The notes: generated by a model not told the origin, from the sequence alone. A stretch of 62,359 nucleotides of DNA, filler included, from Dugesia japonica (GCA_001938525.1; 4 parts of 4 records of this genome joined end to end with filler, not necessarily neighbours in it); one strand, 5' to 3'; shown: positions 1 through 13,294, counted from the whole stretch's first letter. A program made the numbers and translations.

Positions 1-854
1 AATACATCAAATACTCAAAAATACCATTACTTTCATTAAATTCATCAATTTAAGCCAAATACAGTATTTTTAACCAAAATAAATATTTCAAAAAATTATG
101 ACGTCATAACCACCTGACAGAAAAATTTCAAATAAATCTTATAAAATCCTATAATTAATTCTCTTTCCACACATACCAACTTCCACCTCACGAAAAAAGT
201 TTTTAACACACTTATACTACTTACAAAATAAACCAATCAAATAGTAGCCTTTAAAATAAAAAATCAAATCACATTTGACAACCAACATCTTCCCAATCAC
301 ATTACCTCTCCAACAAACTATCAACCAACAAATTCCATCAACCACATACAAACCTATAGCATCCATAAAAACTACCCTCGCTAACTCATACGACTGTGCC
401 CGTGTGCCACTACCCTAGTATCAAAAATCATCCATCCAAACTCATAAGTCCTTTAGACAATATATAGACCATATTCTTGTCCAACCACTAACAAATCTTC
501 AAAACCAAAAAAATTATCTCCAAGATCTCCAGCTGCTTCTCGTTTTTTCCAGTCTTACACACACAACCACAAACACAAACACAACTTGACCTACTTTTTA
601 AAAACCACCTTAGCAACTCAAACAAACACAAAATTTAAAATTTAAAAATACACACACACACTTTCAGGATCAAAAAAATTGATCCGATCAAAAAAATTTT
701 GATCCCAAAAATCTTAGAAAAAAAACGAGCACAAAAATCATGTCTAAAAAACGCAGCTTAAGCGTAATGTGTGTCCTAGCCACCCCCCCTCCCGAGGGAA
801 GTGGGGAGGGGGAAGATTTAGAAAATTGTGCCAAAAAAAATTATGCTATCTACT
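1..854. mobile_element. Right terminal inverted repeat of a Maverick/Polinton (same lineage as 49156-57498, diverged copy)
   Basis: Base 1 onward aligns by eye with 56982 onward and with the reverse complement of the 49300-50000 region. It ends in ...ctatctact (reverse complement AGTAGATAG), like the 49156/57498 termini, and has the GC-rich tract near the end. Confidence 0.85.
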
Positions 855-3800
855 TTCTGGTTTTGTCATCTCTAGACCTCGTGTCGTTTTTAGCCTACTG
901 GTTAACCTTGTTATCATTATTGATCCGCTTGTTGTAATTCTTGGTTTGGTGACTTTTTTCGTTGTTTTATTTTATGATGGCTCCCACATTATCAAATACT
1001 CCACTTTGAACCATGTTCCATACCTCAAGTGTTTTTCGCGTTTTAATTCTTGTTGATTGTCGTCAAATTTATATTCTATTAATCAGTCCCATCTTTAAGT
1101 GATAGATAATGTCCCATTCTCATTGTGAGTGGTTTTGAAGTGAGTTGAAATTTTTGTGCTTTGATTCGGAATTATTGTTTTTTAAAAATCTCTTATTTGA
1201 TAAATTGGAAGTCACAAATTAATCTGTTTCCATATAATAATCCCTTTTTGTCAGAACGCGTCTCAATCCTTTCCTCGTTATCGTCTGTACTTTTACCTTG
1301 AATCTTGTTATATATACTTGATGTTATGTATGTACATCCTCGTAGTCATAGCATTCCTCTCCAATGGCAGCTCGTATCATTATCACGATGATTATCATAT
1401 ATATCCATAGATTTCCTGGAATCAGTATTTGGCTTGCTCCTCTGGGCATTTCCATTTCGATTTCTCTTCGTCTATTTACCCTTTCTCTTTTTAAGGCGAC
1501 CTTTATCAAAATTAATGACATTGTTATTTATGTTATTATAGCTACTGACAGTATCATTATCCAATACCTCTTGTGCTAATTCTTGTTTTTGATTCATTAT
1601 TATTCTCGGACCCATTGTCTAAGTACCTTCGCCTCGGATTACCTTTATCATTATTAATGCTAGTAATACATATAACAATTGTGTTTGTTGTTATTTCTTC
1701 ATAGATTTTGCTGTCAACTTTTGCCGGTGTTTCTGATAATGGAACATTTTGTCTCCTTTCATCCTCGGCTTTCATTTTCTCAAGCTCTTCGCGTTCATTT
1801 TCGATTTCTTTTTGTTTACAAATTTTATATCTCTCTTTATGCTGCCATTTTGGTAGGATTTCTAGCTATCGCGGTATCATATATTCTCTGTATCCTCTTC
1901 GCACCATTTTGCTATGCCCCACTGGTCCTCCGTATCGTATTTGAATTCTTCGCACTACTTGGTTATGTCCACTGATTGATGATTTTGTTTGCTTCTTCCA
2001 TTTCTTTTTGTTTTCAGATTCGGTATTTCTCTGTATGTCGCAATTCTTGGTGAATTTTCCACCACTGATGTGACACACCTTTGGGATCCTCTTCACAACA
2101 TTTCATAATATCTCTTTCCTCTTACGTATTGTAATCGATTTCTTTGTCACTCCATGTCATCTCCAACCAGTTTGATCTGTTGTTCCAAGTTCAAATTAAA
2201 TTTGCTCTATCCATTTGAATTGCGTTGAGCCAGTCTGTCGTTTCTGGCTGTTTTGTCAATATAGGTTTTTTCATAATCGTTACTACTATTGTTGTCTTCT
2301 GGCTTCATTTCTGTACCTATATCATACTGATTCTGTGTTCGTCACTTTTTATTTCTGTTCATTCGATTTTTTCTCTTTCGTCTTCTTGCTCTTTGTTTTT
2401 GTCTTGGACCATTATTACTTCTTCTTTGATCACTTTCACCTTTATTCTGTTCAATTGTTAATTTCTTTATTAGCTCCTGACATTCCACTTTTAATGTTTG
2501 AAAAAAAGTAGCGATCCGTTCCAATTTTCAACTTCCATAAATGTCTCGAATTGTCTCCACATTGTTACGATTTCCTCTCTGTCTTCTTCTGACGTGTTTA
2601 ATTCTCGAATGTTTTCTATTAGATTCATCATATTGTCTTCTGTGGACGTGCTCTGTTTTATCTCTTGATTTCGGTTCACTATGTACTCCCATTTTGGTTA
2701 TATCTGCTTTCTCAGTGCTGTTTCTTGTCTTTCTAGAGCGTTGAATGCGTTATTACTTTCTAGCATCTTCTTATCTGTCTTTTTGTTCCATAATCTCTTT
2801 GCATTGTTTTCCATATAATTTCATGTTAGTATTGACTGCAAATCACCTTCTCCTTTTGGAAAATCGACGTTCTCGTCGATTCGAGGTTGCCATATTGCAC
2901 GAAAAGGTTTCTCTTCCGTTTTTTGTTGTGCTATTACTTTATGCAGTTCATTAACTGTTTTCTCTAATTGATGCCTCATTAATTCTTTACATGTTAAACG
3001 CAAATTCCGAAACATTATATTTGGTATTGGTAATTCGATCTTCCGCTTTACATCTGAGATATCCTTGATTATACTGTACCGGGTGGTTTCTTAACCAGCT
3101 TTCGTTTGTTCTATGATAATTGATGAGTCTTTAACTTTAATATCTGTCTTTTGGAAGTATTAATTACATAAATTCTCTAAGTCTTCCGTCACAATTGGGT
3201 ATTTAATTGGTTTCTTCGATACACATCGATTACACGTTTTGACTTCTGGCTGCGTTTGATTCATATTTATAATATTCCATATTTTTCTTCAGCTTTTTTC
3301 AATCGTAGTCCCATTATTATTATACATTTCGAACATACTTCTTTTAACTTGTTTTCAGTTATTACGATTTTTGTTTCTTTTCGATCTTTGTTACAATATT
3401 TACATCTGATTTCGCCTATGGTCTGATTATTTGTTAGTTCTCGTTTCTTTTGTTCCACTTTTATTTATGATGCCTGAATCTCTTTGCGCAAGTTAATCTG
3501 ACAGCTTCCATATAATTTCCTTGCTGTTATCATGACAATTGGACATTTCGTAGATCTGAAATTTTTTACAATTTCCCTTCAAGTTCCACAGCGAATGTGT
3601 CATCCTCAAATCGGATCGGTTTATTAAACATCCATCTTTCTTGTTTTTTCATCGTGTTTCTCTGCAAAATTTGTAAACATGGTTTACATACTGGTTTTCA
3701 GTTATCTGCCGATTCATGTCCTTTCATTACATATCGTTCACATAAAGGGCCTGTCGCATTTTCTATCTTCTTGAATTATTCCCTGTTACACTAATGAGAA

Positions 3801-4250
3801 TAGATATTAAGTATATCTCGTCTATTTTCAATTATAGTTAAATCATTATTTAGCTAAAATTTTCTCATAATCTCTTCAGTTGTTAATTCAATATTTACTT
3901 TTAGTGGTTTTGCTGCTGATAAGCCTGTTAAATGATTATTGACACATCTGATTTCACTATTCATTATTCGTCTCGTATTGGTTATACAATTATTTCACCA
4001 TTGTTTGTACTTCACTTTTGACGTTTCTAATTTTATGACTGTTTTCGTGCATTTTAGGCATGCCAATCTTTTAATATCGGTTTTTTCTCTCTACACTTGT
4101 AATGACATTCCAATAATTTATCAATCTACATGTACGATTTGATGTTGGGTCGTTCGTAAGCATTGATGACACATTTTTAGCATTTGACGTTTTATTAAAG
4201 GTACTATTGCTGGTCCCATCTTTATGCATATTTTACACTGATCACCTTCT
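855..4250 (-). pseudogene. Long decayed coding extension 3' of the Gypsy integrase: repeated CxxC...CxxC units, then a charged/low-complexity region
   Basis: ORF 4121-4609 runs in frame from the GPY/F domain into CKIC...CHQC. Further units are CLKC, CKPC, CKYC...CSKC (3267-3458) and CNRC. Minus-strand coding-like bias continues until cut by the Maverick end at 854. Confidence 0.6.
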
Positions 4251-7200
4251 TTGTTGGAATCTTTAGTAATAAATTCTGCCACAGGTTTTGTTGTTATCAC
4301 CATTACGCGGTGTCTTGATCTGATTAGGTATCTCTGTTCATCATCAGGCTTGTCTAATTTAAATCGAACTCGTTTAATTTTACTCGTTTCTGGCTCTGCG
4401 GTTACTATGTTTTCTTTGTCTGTCTCTGCCTCTTTGGCTGATAGTTTACATCTGGATACATGTACGATACTTGGTTTCTTTAACGGTTTTCCCAATTCCT
4501 TAAATTTCAGATTTGTTGAGGTTGTTTTGATTACCACACATGGGCCTTTGTTTGGTCTTTTTAATTTATCCGTCTTTCCAATATCGATTGTCGGTGTGTT
4601 TACTAACACTAGATCTCCTTTCTTAAATGTATGAGCTTCCGTCTAACGATCATGTAATTTTTTGTAACTTTCCTGATTAAATTTTGCATTTGCTTTTGCT
4701 AATTTTCACATCTCTTGCATTCGCTCCTTCATCACCATTACATAATCATCTTCATCCATATATTTTGAAATTGGTGGTTGATATTCTAGATTTATAGGCA
4801 TATTACATTCTCTTCCATACATTAGTTTGAATGGTGTTGCACTTGCCGTTGGATATACTCCTATCCTATTTGCAAATAGACATAAATTCAAGTGTTTGTA
4901 CCATTCTGTTTGATCCTTTGAGGTATAGATCAACAGCATTCTTGTTAAAGGTTGATTGAATTTCTCTGTCATTTCGTCTGTTTGATGTCCGTAATTTGTA
5001 ATTATTGAAGAAACTCGTAACTTCATTCATTAACTCACTCAGAAAATTTTTTCCTTGACCTGTTCAAATTTTCTTTGGTGGTCTATAACGACTTAATACT
5101 TTGTCTACTAATACTTTGACGATTGTCGCTGCCTTTTGATCTCTTAACGCAAATGCTTCCGGAAATTTCGATAGATATTCTACTACTGTTAAAATATATA
5201 TCTTTCCACTGTCATTCGTGGGTAATGGCCGATTATATTCATTGCTATTATATCAATCGGTGCTGCTGGCACTGAAATCGGTTGTAGCGGAACTTTGAAT
5301 TTTTTTCCTGTTCATCTTTTTGCTGCACATATCTGGCATTGTTCTACTCATGTTTTTACACTTGTCGTTATATGTGGCCAATAATATTTCGCTCTCAATT
5401 TTGATTCTGTCGTTTTAGCTGACATATGACCTCCTAATATTTCATTATGATGTTGCTCCAAAATCTTTGCTCGTCTATTTTTAGGTATTACTAACTTTTT
5501 TTCGCTTTCTTTCATCATCAACCATCAGTTTATTATTGCATATCGTACACCTCGTTTCTTTAGATGCTCTTTCATACCTTTATTACATTCAACTTTACTC
5601 AGATTGTAATGAGTTAGATAATCTAGAATTATTTTAATCTCTTCATCCTCATCTTGGTCCTTTTTTAGACCTGTAAAATCTCTGTTCTCCACTAATATCA
5701 TGCACAATCCCCTTATTTTTTGATTTATTAACTGCTGAATATTGATCACTTTGTTGTCTTGTATTTTGGTTTCCACATTCTCTTCTGGTTCATCTGTGAA
5801 TCTCGGTCTTGACATATAATTTGCATTTGCGTTTGATTTACCGGATTTATATTTTACTAATGGCGCATATTCTTGTAGCTTCATTGCATATCATGCCATT
5901 CAGTTTATCTGTAACAATTTCTGTCTGATCATTGTTGATGATTGGTATAAACTACCAATTCATGTCCAAGTATTAATTGATTGAAATGTTTTACTGCTTT
6001 TACAATTACTAAAACTTCTCGTTCCGTTTTACTATAATTCTTTTCCGCACCTTGAAATGTTTTACTGAAATAGCCAATTCCTCGTTCTCGATCCTCTTTG
6101 TCTAACTGACTTAATACAGATCCTTCTGCATATCTACTTGTATCTGTTGCTAATATGAAGGGTTTCTTGAAGTCTGGCTGCACTAATATTGGGGGTGTTA
6201 TTAATTTTTCTCGTAATATCTCGAATGCATTTTGATGCTCGTCTGTCCAAATAAATATCACATTTTGTCTCACTAACGATTGGATTGGTTTGATTATTGT
6301 CGCAAACCTTTTGATACATTTTCTGTAATAGTTTGTCATGCCTAAGAATACTTGAAAATTATTTAAATTTTTTGGTACTGGTAATTTCTTCATCTTTTCA
6401 ATATTCGCTGGATCTGGTTGCTTTTCTTTACCAGAAATAAGATGAACTAAATATGTCACTTGATTTTTTGCCCATTCACGCTTTGTAGGTTTTACTCTGA
6501 GATTTTACATTCTTAATCGTACAAATACGTTGCGTAAATTTTTTAAGTTACCCTCAAATTTCCTTGAAAATATTAATAAATCATCGATATATACCATCCT
6601 TCCGTGTGTCACAAAGTTCAAAGATCGTTGAAATGATGCTGGTGTATTTGTCAATCCAAATGGCATCTTCACAAATTGACACAGATTTTTACATGCGTAA
6701 AATGCTGTTTTCTCTTTATCTTCTTCTTTTATTTTGATATACCAATATCCGCTTCGTAAATCCAATGTCGTGAAGATTTTTAAATTATATAATAGCATTA
6801 GCATCTCATTGGTATCTGGTAACGGATACGTATCTTTCTTTGTCTTAGCATTTAAATCTCGATAATCGATAGAAAATCTCGTTGATCTGTCTTTCTTTTT
6901 GACTAATACTACTGGGAATTGCCATGACAAACAACTTGGTTCTATTATATTATTTTTAGCATATTCCTGATTTTCTCGTTGCATATTGGTTTATCCACTT
7001 CCGCCGATTTGTAAGTTCTCTTTTTAATTAGGGTTTCGTTTGTTAAGATGGTGGCGTGTTTTATTACTGAACAAGTTCTTAGTTCATTATTTGTCCTCGC
7101 GAATATATCTCTGAATTCTTCCAGTAGTTTTAGTAATTGTATTTTCTCCATTACTGTTAGTATTGATAATTCCATTTTGAATTTTTGATTCACTTCTTTC

Positions 7201-7380
7201 CCTTTTGAAGTTATTTTGATTTCCATACGTTTCGCAATTTTTCCTTTAAGTGCATATATTAATTTCTCTTTGTTTTCATTGGTTTCAATGTGCCAATCTT
7301 TGAATTTGGATAGAATGTAATATCTTTTTTTGTTATGTTCAACACATTTACAGGTACTTTAGCCGCCTCTAAAATTTTTT
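4121..7380 (-). mobile_element. Degenerate Ty3/Gypsy pol (RT, RNase H, integrase, GPY/F)
   Basis: RT motifs RFSIDYRDLN, LDLRSGY, MPFGLTN, YIDD (6505-6984); RNase H ATDTS...YSKTERE (5929-6459); integrase core and TPFKLMYGRE (4706-5400); GPY/F-type KGPCVV...VHVSRCK. Many stops and frameshifts. Confidence 0.93.
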
Positions 7381-7384
7381 TAGT

Positions 7385-9990
7385 TCCGTTGTTGAGCATA
7401 CCTTTCTTTGTATTTGTTTTTTTCTTGCAGTTCCTAAATGGGCACTTGAATGGTGGCCCTTGCAAATCTATTTTGATAGGATATTCTGTTTCTGGTTCAG
7501 TCGTTTTTATCTCGATATCTGTTGTTGTTCTGGTTATCTCGCTTTCTTCAGGTTCTTCATTTACGTTGTTATCTCCATTGATTGTTGTAGTTGTTGTTAT
7601 TGTCGTTGCATTTGTGTGACAGCTCTTTGTGTGTTTCTCTAGCCATTCTTTAGTAGCATAGCCTGCATAGCAATTATTATGCTGGCACTTGAATTTGCTA
7701 TCTTTTTGATTTTCTATTGGTTGTTCTTCATGTGCCGATTAATCTCTTTTTTCTCGTTTGCTTTAAATTCGCATAGTTCGCACTCATTGAGCCTCATCAG
7801 GTTATCATTTAATCCTTTCACTGTTGTATCCACAATGTATAGGTCATCTGCATAGGCGCCATATGTTAGATTGTATGGTCCTTTATCTGTTTTCAGTCTT
7901 AATCCTTCCTTCAGGTTAGCCGATTTTATGGCATGGTCAAACACTATGTTGAATAATGTTGGTCCTATAATGCAACCTTGTCTCACTCCTCTTTTCATCA
8001 TGAATCGTTCGTCGCTAATTCTGCCTTCAACACCGTTGTGGAATTCTTTGATTATTCTTATCAAGTTCAGTGGTACTCTTATTCTTTTCAGAGTTTGCCA
8101 CATTATATCTCTTGGTATGCTATCAAATGCCTGCTCAAGGTCTATGAATGCACAAATTACCTGATTTTTTTTGTATCTTGCTGCTTCTTTAATACTCTCT
8201 TTAATATGAATATGCTTTGTATAGTTGATCTTTTACTTCTGAATCCGAATTGGCTGTCATCCAATGCTTTTTAACTATATTCCTGTAGCCTCTTATTAAC
8301 GATTTTGGCTAGAATTTTTCCATAGATTTCTAGTAGGAATATTCCTCTATAATTGGATGCATCTGTTTTTTTTCTCTTTCCTTTGTATAGGATCTTTACT
8401 TCTGCGTTTCTCCATTCTTTCGGGAATTCGTCTTCTCCAGTCCATATCTTTTTGAGGTCTTTGTACATCTTTTCTAGTAGTTCTGTTTTTCCGTATTTGT
8501 AAGCCTCAGCTGGTATCCCGCTTTCCCCAGATGCTTTGTTATTCTAAAGCTCAATGATTGCTTCATATATCTCTTTTTTTGTTGGTGGTTCATTATTAAT
8601 ATCTTCGTTTTCTTGGTTTTCGCTTACTGGTCTGTTGTTATCGCTTCCCGTGTTGGTTGTTCTTTCTTGTTTTCTGAATAGTTCATTGAAGTAATTTGCT
8701 AGTTCTTTGTCACTGATTATCTGTATGCCATATTTTGTTTGCGTTCCTTTATCTCCAACTTGCAATATTTCTTTTATTATTTCATTGCTCTTTCTCGTTT
8801 CATTTATCTTTATTAGTTCCTCAGCTTCTTCACCTTTCTTAATTATCCACTCTTCTCGTTTTTGTTTTATAAATCTTGATAGTTTCAATCTTGCTTTGTT
8901 GTAATTGAGCTTGTTTTGTTGGTTCATGTTCTTTATATATTCTGCTTTGTATTTTCTCTTTTCATCATTTAGTCTTTCTATCTCACTTTTGTGCTGTTCT
9001 GTCCATTCTCTGTTCTTTTTCTTTTTGCCCGCATTTTTCTTTAGACACTTTTTGATTATATCTGTTGTTTCTCTCCATGTCGAATTGACTGTGATCTCTG
9101 CTTTATTTAACTCTTTCTTTAGGTCCTCTTTATATTGCTTTTCATTTCTTTTCAGGTTTTCTCCATCGAATCTTTCTTTAGGCTTGTCTTTTTTTGCCTT
9201 TTTGATTATTTCTTTTGAGTCGTTGAGTTTCGCAATTATTGAGAAGTGATCACTGTTGATGTCAGCTTTGTTGTTTACTTTTATGTTCTTTATAAATCTT
9301 TTTGATTTTTCATTCGTCAGGAAGTAATCCAGCATTCTCTCTTTTCTTATCGGAGGATGTATCCACGTTCTTCTGTTGCTCTTTTTGTTTTTTAAGAATG
9401 TACTTTCTAGTCTGTATTTGTTATCTTCACAGAATTTGATCAGTTCCTTTCCATTTTTGGTTGTTTCGCCAATAGTGTATTTCCCTACACTAGTTCTGTT
9501 TCTATCCTCTTTACCGACACTACAGTTAAAGTCGCCTCTACTAATTGTTGCTTTATTTTGTTTCGTAATTGTTCCCAATTCTTCGTAAAATTTTCTGATT
9601 TCTATTTCTGTGCTGTTGCATTCCGTTGGTGCGTAGCATACAACAAGTTTTTCGGTTTGATTTTTGATGTTTATTTTGCTTTTGTCCAACAGATCCACTG
9701 AGGCCATTCTATCATTTATTGCACTGAACTTGATGTCATATTTTCTTTGTAATTCGTTGGTAATTAAGAATCCTACTCCATTTGCCCTGGTTTTTCAGAC
9801 TTCTACACCACTTGTGTATAGGGAGTAGTTTTTGTTTTTTTCTTCTGTACTGAACATATGTGTCTCTGTTATCATGGGAACATCTAGGTTGTTATCTCTC
9901 ACTTCTCGCACAATTTGAATTTTCTTTTCCACGGAGTTCATTGATCTTACGTTCCATAACATATGGTGGAAATGATTCAAAAATTCTCAT
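7385..9990 (-). mobile_element. RTE-like LINE (APE endonuclease + RT + C-terminal C2H2 fingers), internally deleted
   Basis: WNVRSM...ITETH, YAPT, GDFN, LDY, SDH (APE); NYRGIFLL, AFIDLEQAFDS, GVRQGCIIGPTLFN, YADD (RT). The sequence then jumps directly to CELC...HMKNN, CQHNNC...H...H and CPFRNC fingers. Confidence 0.88.
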
Positions 9991-10569
9991 TCTCATTAAT
10001 TTTGATGATTTAATCAAAGCAGTAAAATTTTATAATGAATATAATGTTATAATGTTGTAATATAATTTAATCAAAGCAATAGTTGTTATAATGAAGTAAA
10101 AATAAATATTTAAAGAGAAAGAAAATTCGTACAGCCCATCCGTGGAGACAAATTGCCAAGATGGTTTATTCCGAACTTGATAAACTGTTCAAACTTTTTT
10201 GGGCTATATTTTAAACTACATAACAATATATGGGTACGATTTTCGTAAAGACTACCAGTGACAGGAGTCAGAAATTTTTTACGATTACAATTAAAAAGCG
10301 GAGCAAAATTTACACCATTAAATATAGCCGAAGGTGGAATCTACCAACATGACGATTTAGATAAAGCGAGAGAACATACTACCATGATCAAAAAATACCA
10401 GGTCAACCCAATTTAAAATTCACACACAAATGCTATAGATGTAATTCCTATTTTTAATAGTTGCTGCATATTTGTTTTACTACATCACCAAATTTCAGCT
10501 GAACAGATCATAATTTGAAAAAGCTACAGTAATTTATGTAAATTAATTTTAATGTTATCTTCTATGTCT

Positions 10570-10918
10570 ATGATGGATGATATAATTGAACAAAGAATTT
10601 GTAATAAATTCTGCGTCAAAAACGAAACTAAACGTCCCGATACCTTGAAAATGATACAGAAGTGATATGGCAACAATGCTTTATCAAAATCAGCAACTAA
10701 TGAATGGTATGCGCAATTTTTAGATGATTGTAAGACTGTCACAGATGATACTAGATCTGGAAGATCATCAACCTCAAAGAACCACGAAAATATCAAAGAA
10801 ATAAAGTCATTGTTAATGGAAAATAGAAAACTGACTATTAGAGAGATTTTTAAAGATATAGGAATATCATTTGGAACAATTCAAACCATTTTGCATCAGG
10901 ATTTGGAATTGAATGGAT
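10570..10918 (+). mobile_element. Mariner (Mos1-type) transposase N-terminal HTH fragment
   Basis: Manual translation: MMDDIIEQRICNKFCVKN...*YGNNALSKSATNEWYAQF...DDTRSGRSSTS...LLMENRKLTIREIFKDIGISFGTIQTILHQDL. One internal stop; truncated before the DD34D domain. Confidence 0.85.
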
Positions 10919-11567
10919 GTTATTTCCAGTAAAGTAGAGAGATAATAGCGCACAAGCTCAATTCGAACCCCCTACCAGAAAATAGTGAGAATATTATTCG
11001 TGAAAAAATGGCAGAATCAATGAGGTTATTTTTTTAGAAAAATAACAGGTTAAACGAGGTTAGGTTTCGAAAGAGTTAAAGAACAACGGAGATTGTTTAT
11101 CAAGAAAAACGAAAGAGAAGATGAGATCGTTTTGTACAAAAATGAGTAACAGAAAATGAGGTGGTACTTCGGGGAAAGTGAATAACGGAAAATGAATTGG
11201 TTTCAGAGAAACTTAGTTATAAAAGTGTGATTTTGTTGTTTGTGTCAAGAAGATTAGAAGAAAAAAAATGGAATTGATGTCCAAGAGAAGTAATGATGTT
11301 TAGATAATCTCATAGAGAGATTGGTGTTAACGAATTTCTGAAAAGAGCTTGATGACCATGATTGCCGATTTAAAAGAATGTTTCTCTCTAAAATTGTATC
11401 AATAATGAGTGTGGTTTTCGTTTATCTCTTTATATTGAAAATTGGATTTTAAAAAAAATATATCAAAATTATATACTGATTTGACATTGCTTTGTCTGGA
11501 ATAATTATTTAATGAATTTTAACTTATATTATTAATAAATAAAGATGTGATGAAAGATTTATTTAGA

Positions 11568-12081
11568 TGTTGTAAAGCAACTGGTGACACTGCTTACTAA
11601 AGTCGGGTACGATCTCGATCGATAAGGAAATTCTTGAAAGAACTCCGGACGATTTGGAACGAGGAAATATAGCGGCTTATGGTTGATATCTTCTATGGTT
11701 CATAATTCCGGGAGTGGGGAATGAATTAAAATAGGTCGCAGGCCGAAGAAAAGTAAACTGATCAATCTTCGTTTCAATTTATTTAATTTATATTTATTGA
11801 TTGTGTCTGGTAAAGTAAAATCAGAGTGCTATTACAAGTCGAATTTTAGCTGAGCATGTGAGAGAGATTGCTGTTGAGTTTTATAGATTTTTAGTGAATA
11901 AGACGCGATACCACAAAGTCGCGCTGGACCCAGGAAAGAGAGAAGCATGTCACAGAGGTGACACAAATGCTTGTGGTTTTTAGGTATGCCCCTAGATATG
12001 TCGATGGAAATAATAATTATTAAAAGTGAGATCGGAGAAGTTAAAGAAAATTTAAAACATCAAAATTCTATAAACCCAACA
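11568..12081 (-). mobile_element. Putative solo LTR
   Basis: TGTTG...CAACA termini; more GC-rich than flanks; minus-strand TATAAAA (~11885) followed by AATAAA (~11795). No clear TSD. Confidence 0.4.
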
Positions 12082-12344
12082 TATTTAATATATTTAAAAT
12101 TTACTACAAATTAAAAATTTAGAGTTTAGATTTTTGTAAACATTTAAATACGTAAAATTTTATGTTCACTAATTTCTTTTATGATTGTATTAAAAATAGT
12201 TTTGTTTTGCAAATTTTTAAATACGTTAAATTTTATGTTTATTTAACAAATCTCTTTTAAGATTTAATTAAAAATATTTAATAAATAATTTTAATAATTT
12301 CGTCTCAATATACAAAAAATTTTAAATTGCTTTTAAAAACTACT

Positions 12345-12750
12345 TTACAATTAACAATAACTTCTTTATTTATTATAAAATTCCGATTCAATTCTTGATT
12401 CATCAATAATTCCTTATTCATAACATTATCACTTTTCTTAACGTGGTCATTGTTCTAATAAAACCAAATTAAATGAAGCCAGAACTATTTTATTGGTATA
12501 GTGCTTTTTTAAAAATCATGAAATTCGTTTTAAATTAACTACAATTAACAAAAGTTAACATTAACTGTTTAAATGTTTATTATCTACTGTAGAATCAAGA
12601 GAAGCAGCAACAACAAAGACAGCATCATCAGCATCATATCTTTAAAAATAATTAATAGATATTTAATAGGTATTTAATAATATTAATAAATTTACATTAA
12701 TCACATTCTTCATCTTGATTCCTCTCGATTCTTGATTTAAGTTACAGGGT
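12345..12750 (-). pseudogene. Possible degenerate spliced host-gene fragment
   Basis: Short exon-like blocks (e.g. YDADDAVFVVAASLDST) are separated by AT-rich GT...AG segments of about 50 nt. No continuous ORF was reconstructed. Confidence 0.25.
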
Positions 12751-12789
12751 TTTTCAAAATATTTTGTATTTTTAATTAATTAAATATTT

Positions 12790-12996
12790 GTCCCTTCTAC
12801 ATCGAGTAAAAATAAATCTAAAACAAATGATATTCGCCTATCTATTTGTAGAAAATATGATAATGGTAAAACTGTGAAAGAGATATCAAAAGATTTTGAA
12901 TTAAACTACACAACGGTCATATGTATTGTTAAACAATATATATTAAGAAATGTCGTGGTTTCAGAAAAATTTAATTATGGGAGAACAAAACTTAAA
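12790..12996 (+). mobile_element. Tc1/IS630-like transposase HTH fragment
   Basis: Manual translation: KTNDIRLSICRKYDNGKTVKEISKDFELNYTTVICIVKQY...GRTKLK. Confidence 0.55.
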
Positions 12997-13040
12997 TTAA
13001 ACTTTTAATCTGAGAAGCGATTTCCGATGATATGTCTGTA

Positions 13041-13189
13041 AGTAGTGGGTAAATGGTTCGTTTCCTGCAAGGTTCTGCCCTTTTTCTTCACTTAGATGTT
13101 TAATACTTGGAAAAAAATAACAATATAAAATTTTTGTATTATCAAAGTAAATTGCAAAACTAATGGGAACGAGCCATTTACCCACTACT
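13041..13189. mobile_element. 149-bp MITE-like element with AGTAGT...ACTACT ends
   Basis: agtagtgggtaaatggttcgtttcc (13041) versus gggaacgagccatttacccactact (ending 13189): 25-bp inverted repeat with 2 mismatches. Confidence 0.7.
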
Positions 13190-13294
13190 TGGGTTAGCGT
13201 CTTGGTTTTTGATTTTTCGTTTTTTGAAAAATAGAAATGCAAATGCTAACGCAAATGCAACTGCAAATAAATTTTTATTTTATTAGTAAAGAAA

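Noticed and set aside
1364-9588. Many hydrophobic Phe/Leu/Ser-rich plus-strand ORFs as membrane proteins
   Set aside because: They are antisense shadows of A-rich minus-strand retroelement coding sequence.
10918-11510. Solo LTR truncating the mariner fragment
   Set aside because: Starts with TGT and is LTR-like in composition, but no clear CA end or TSD was found.
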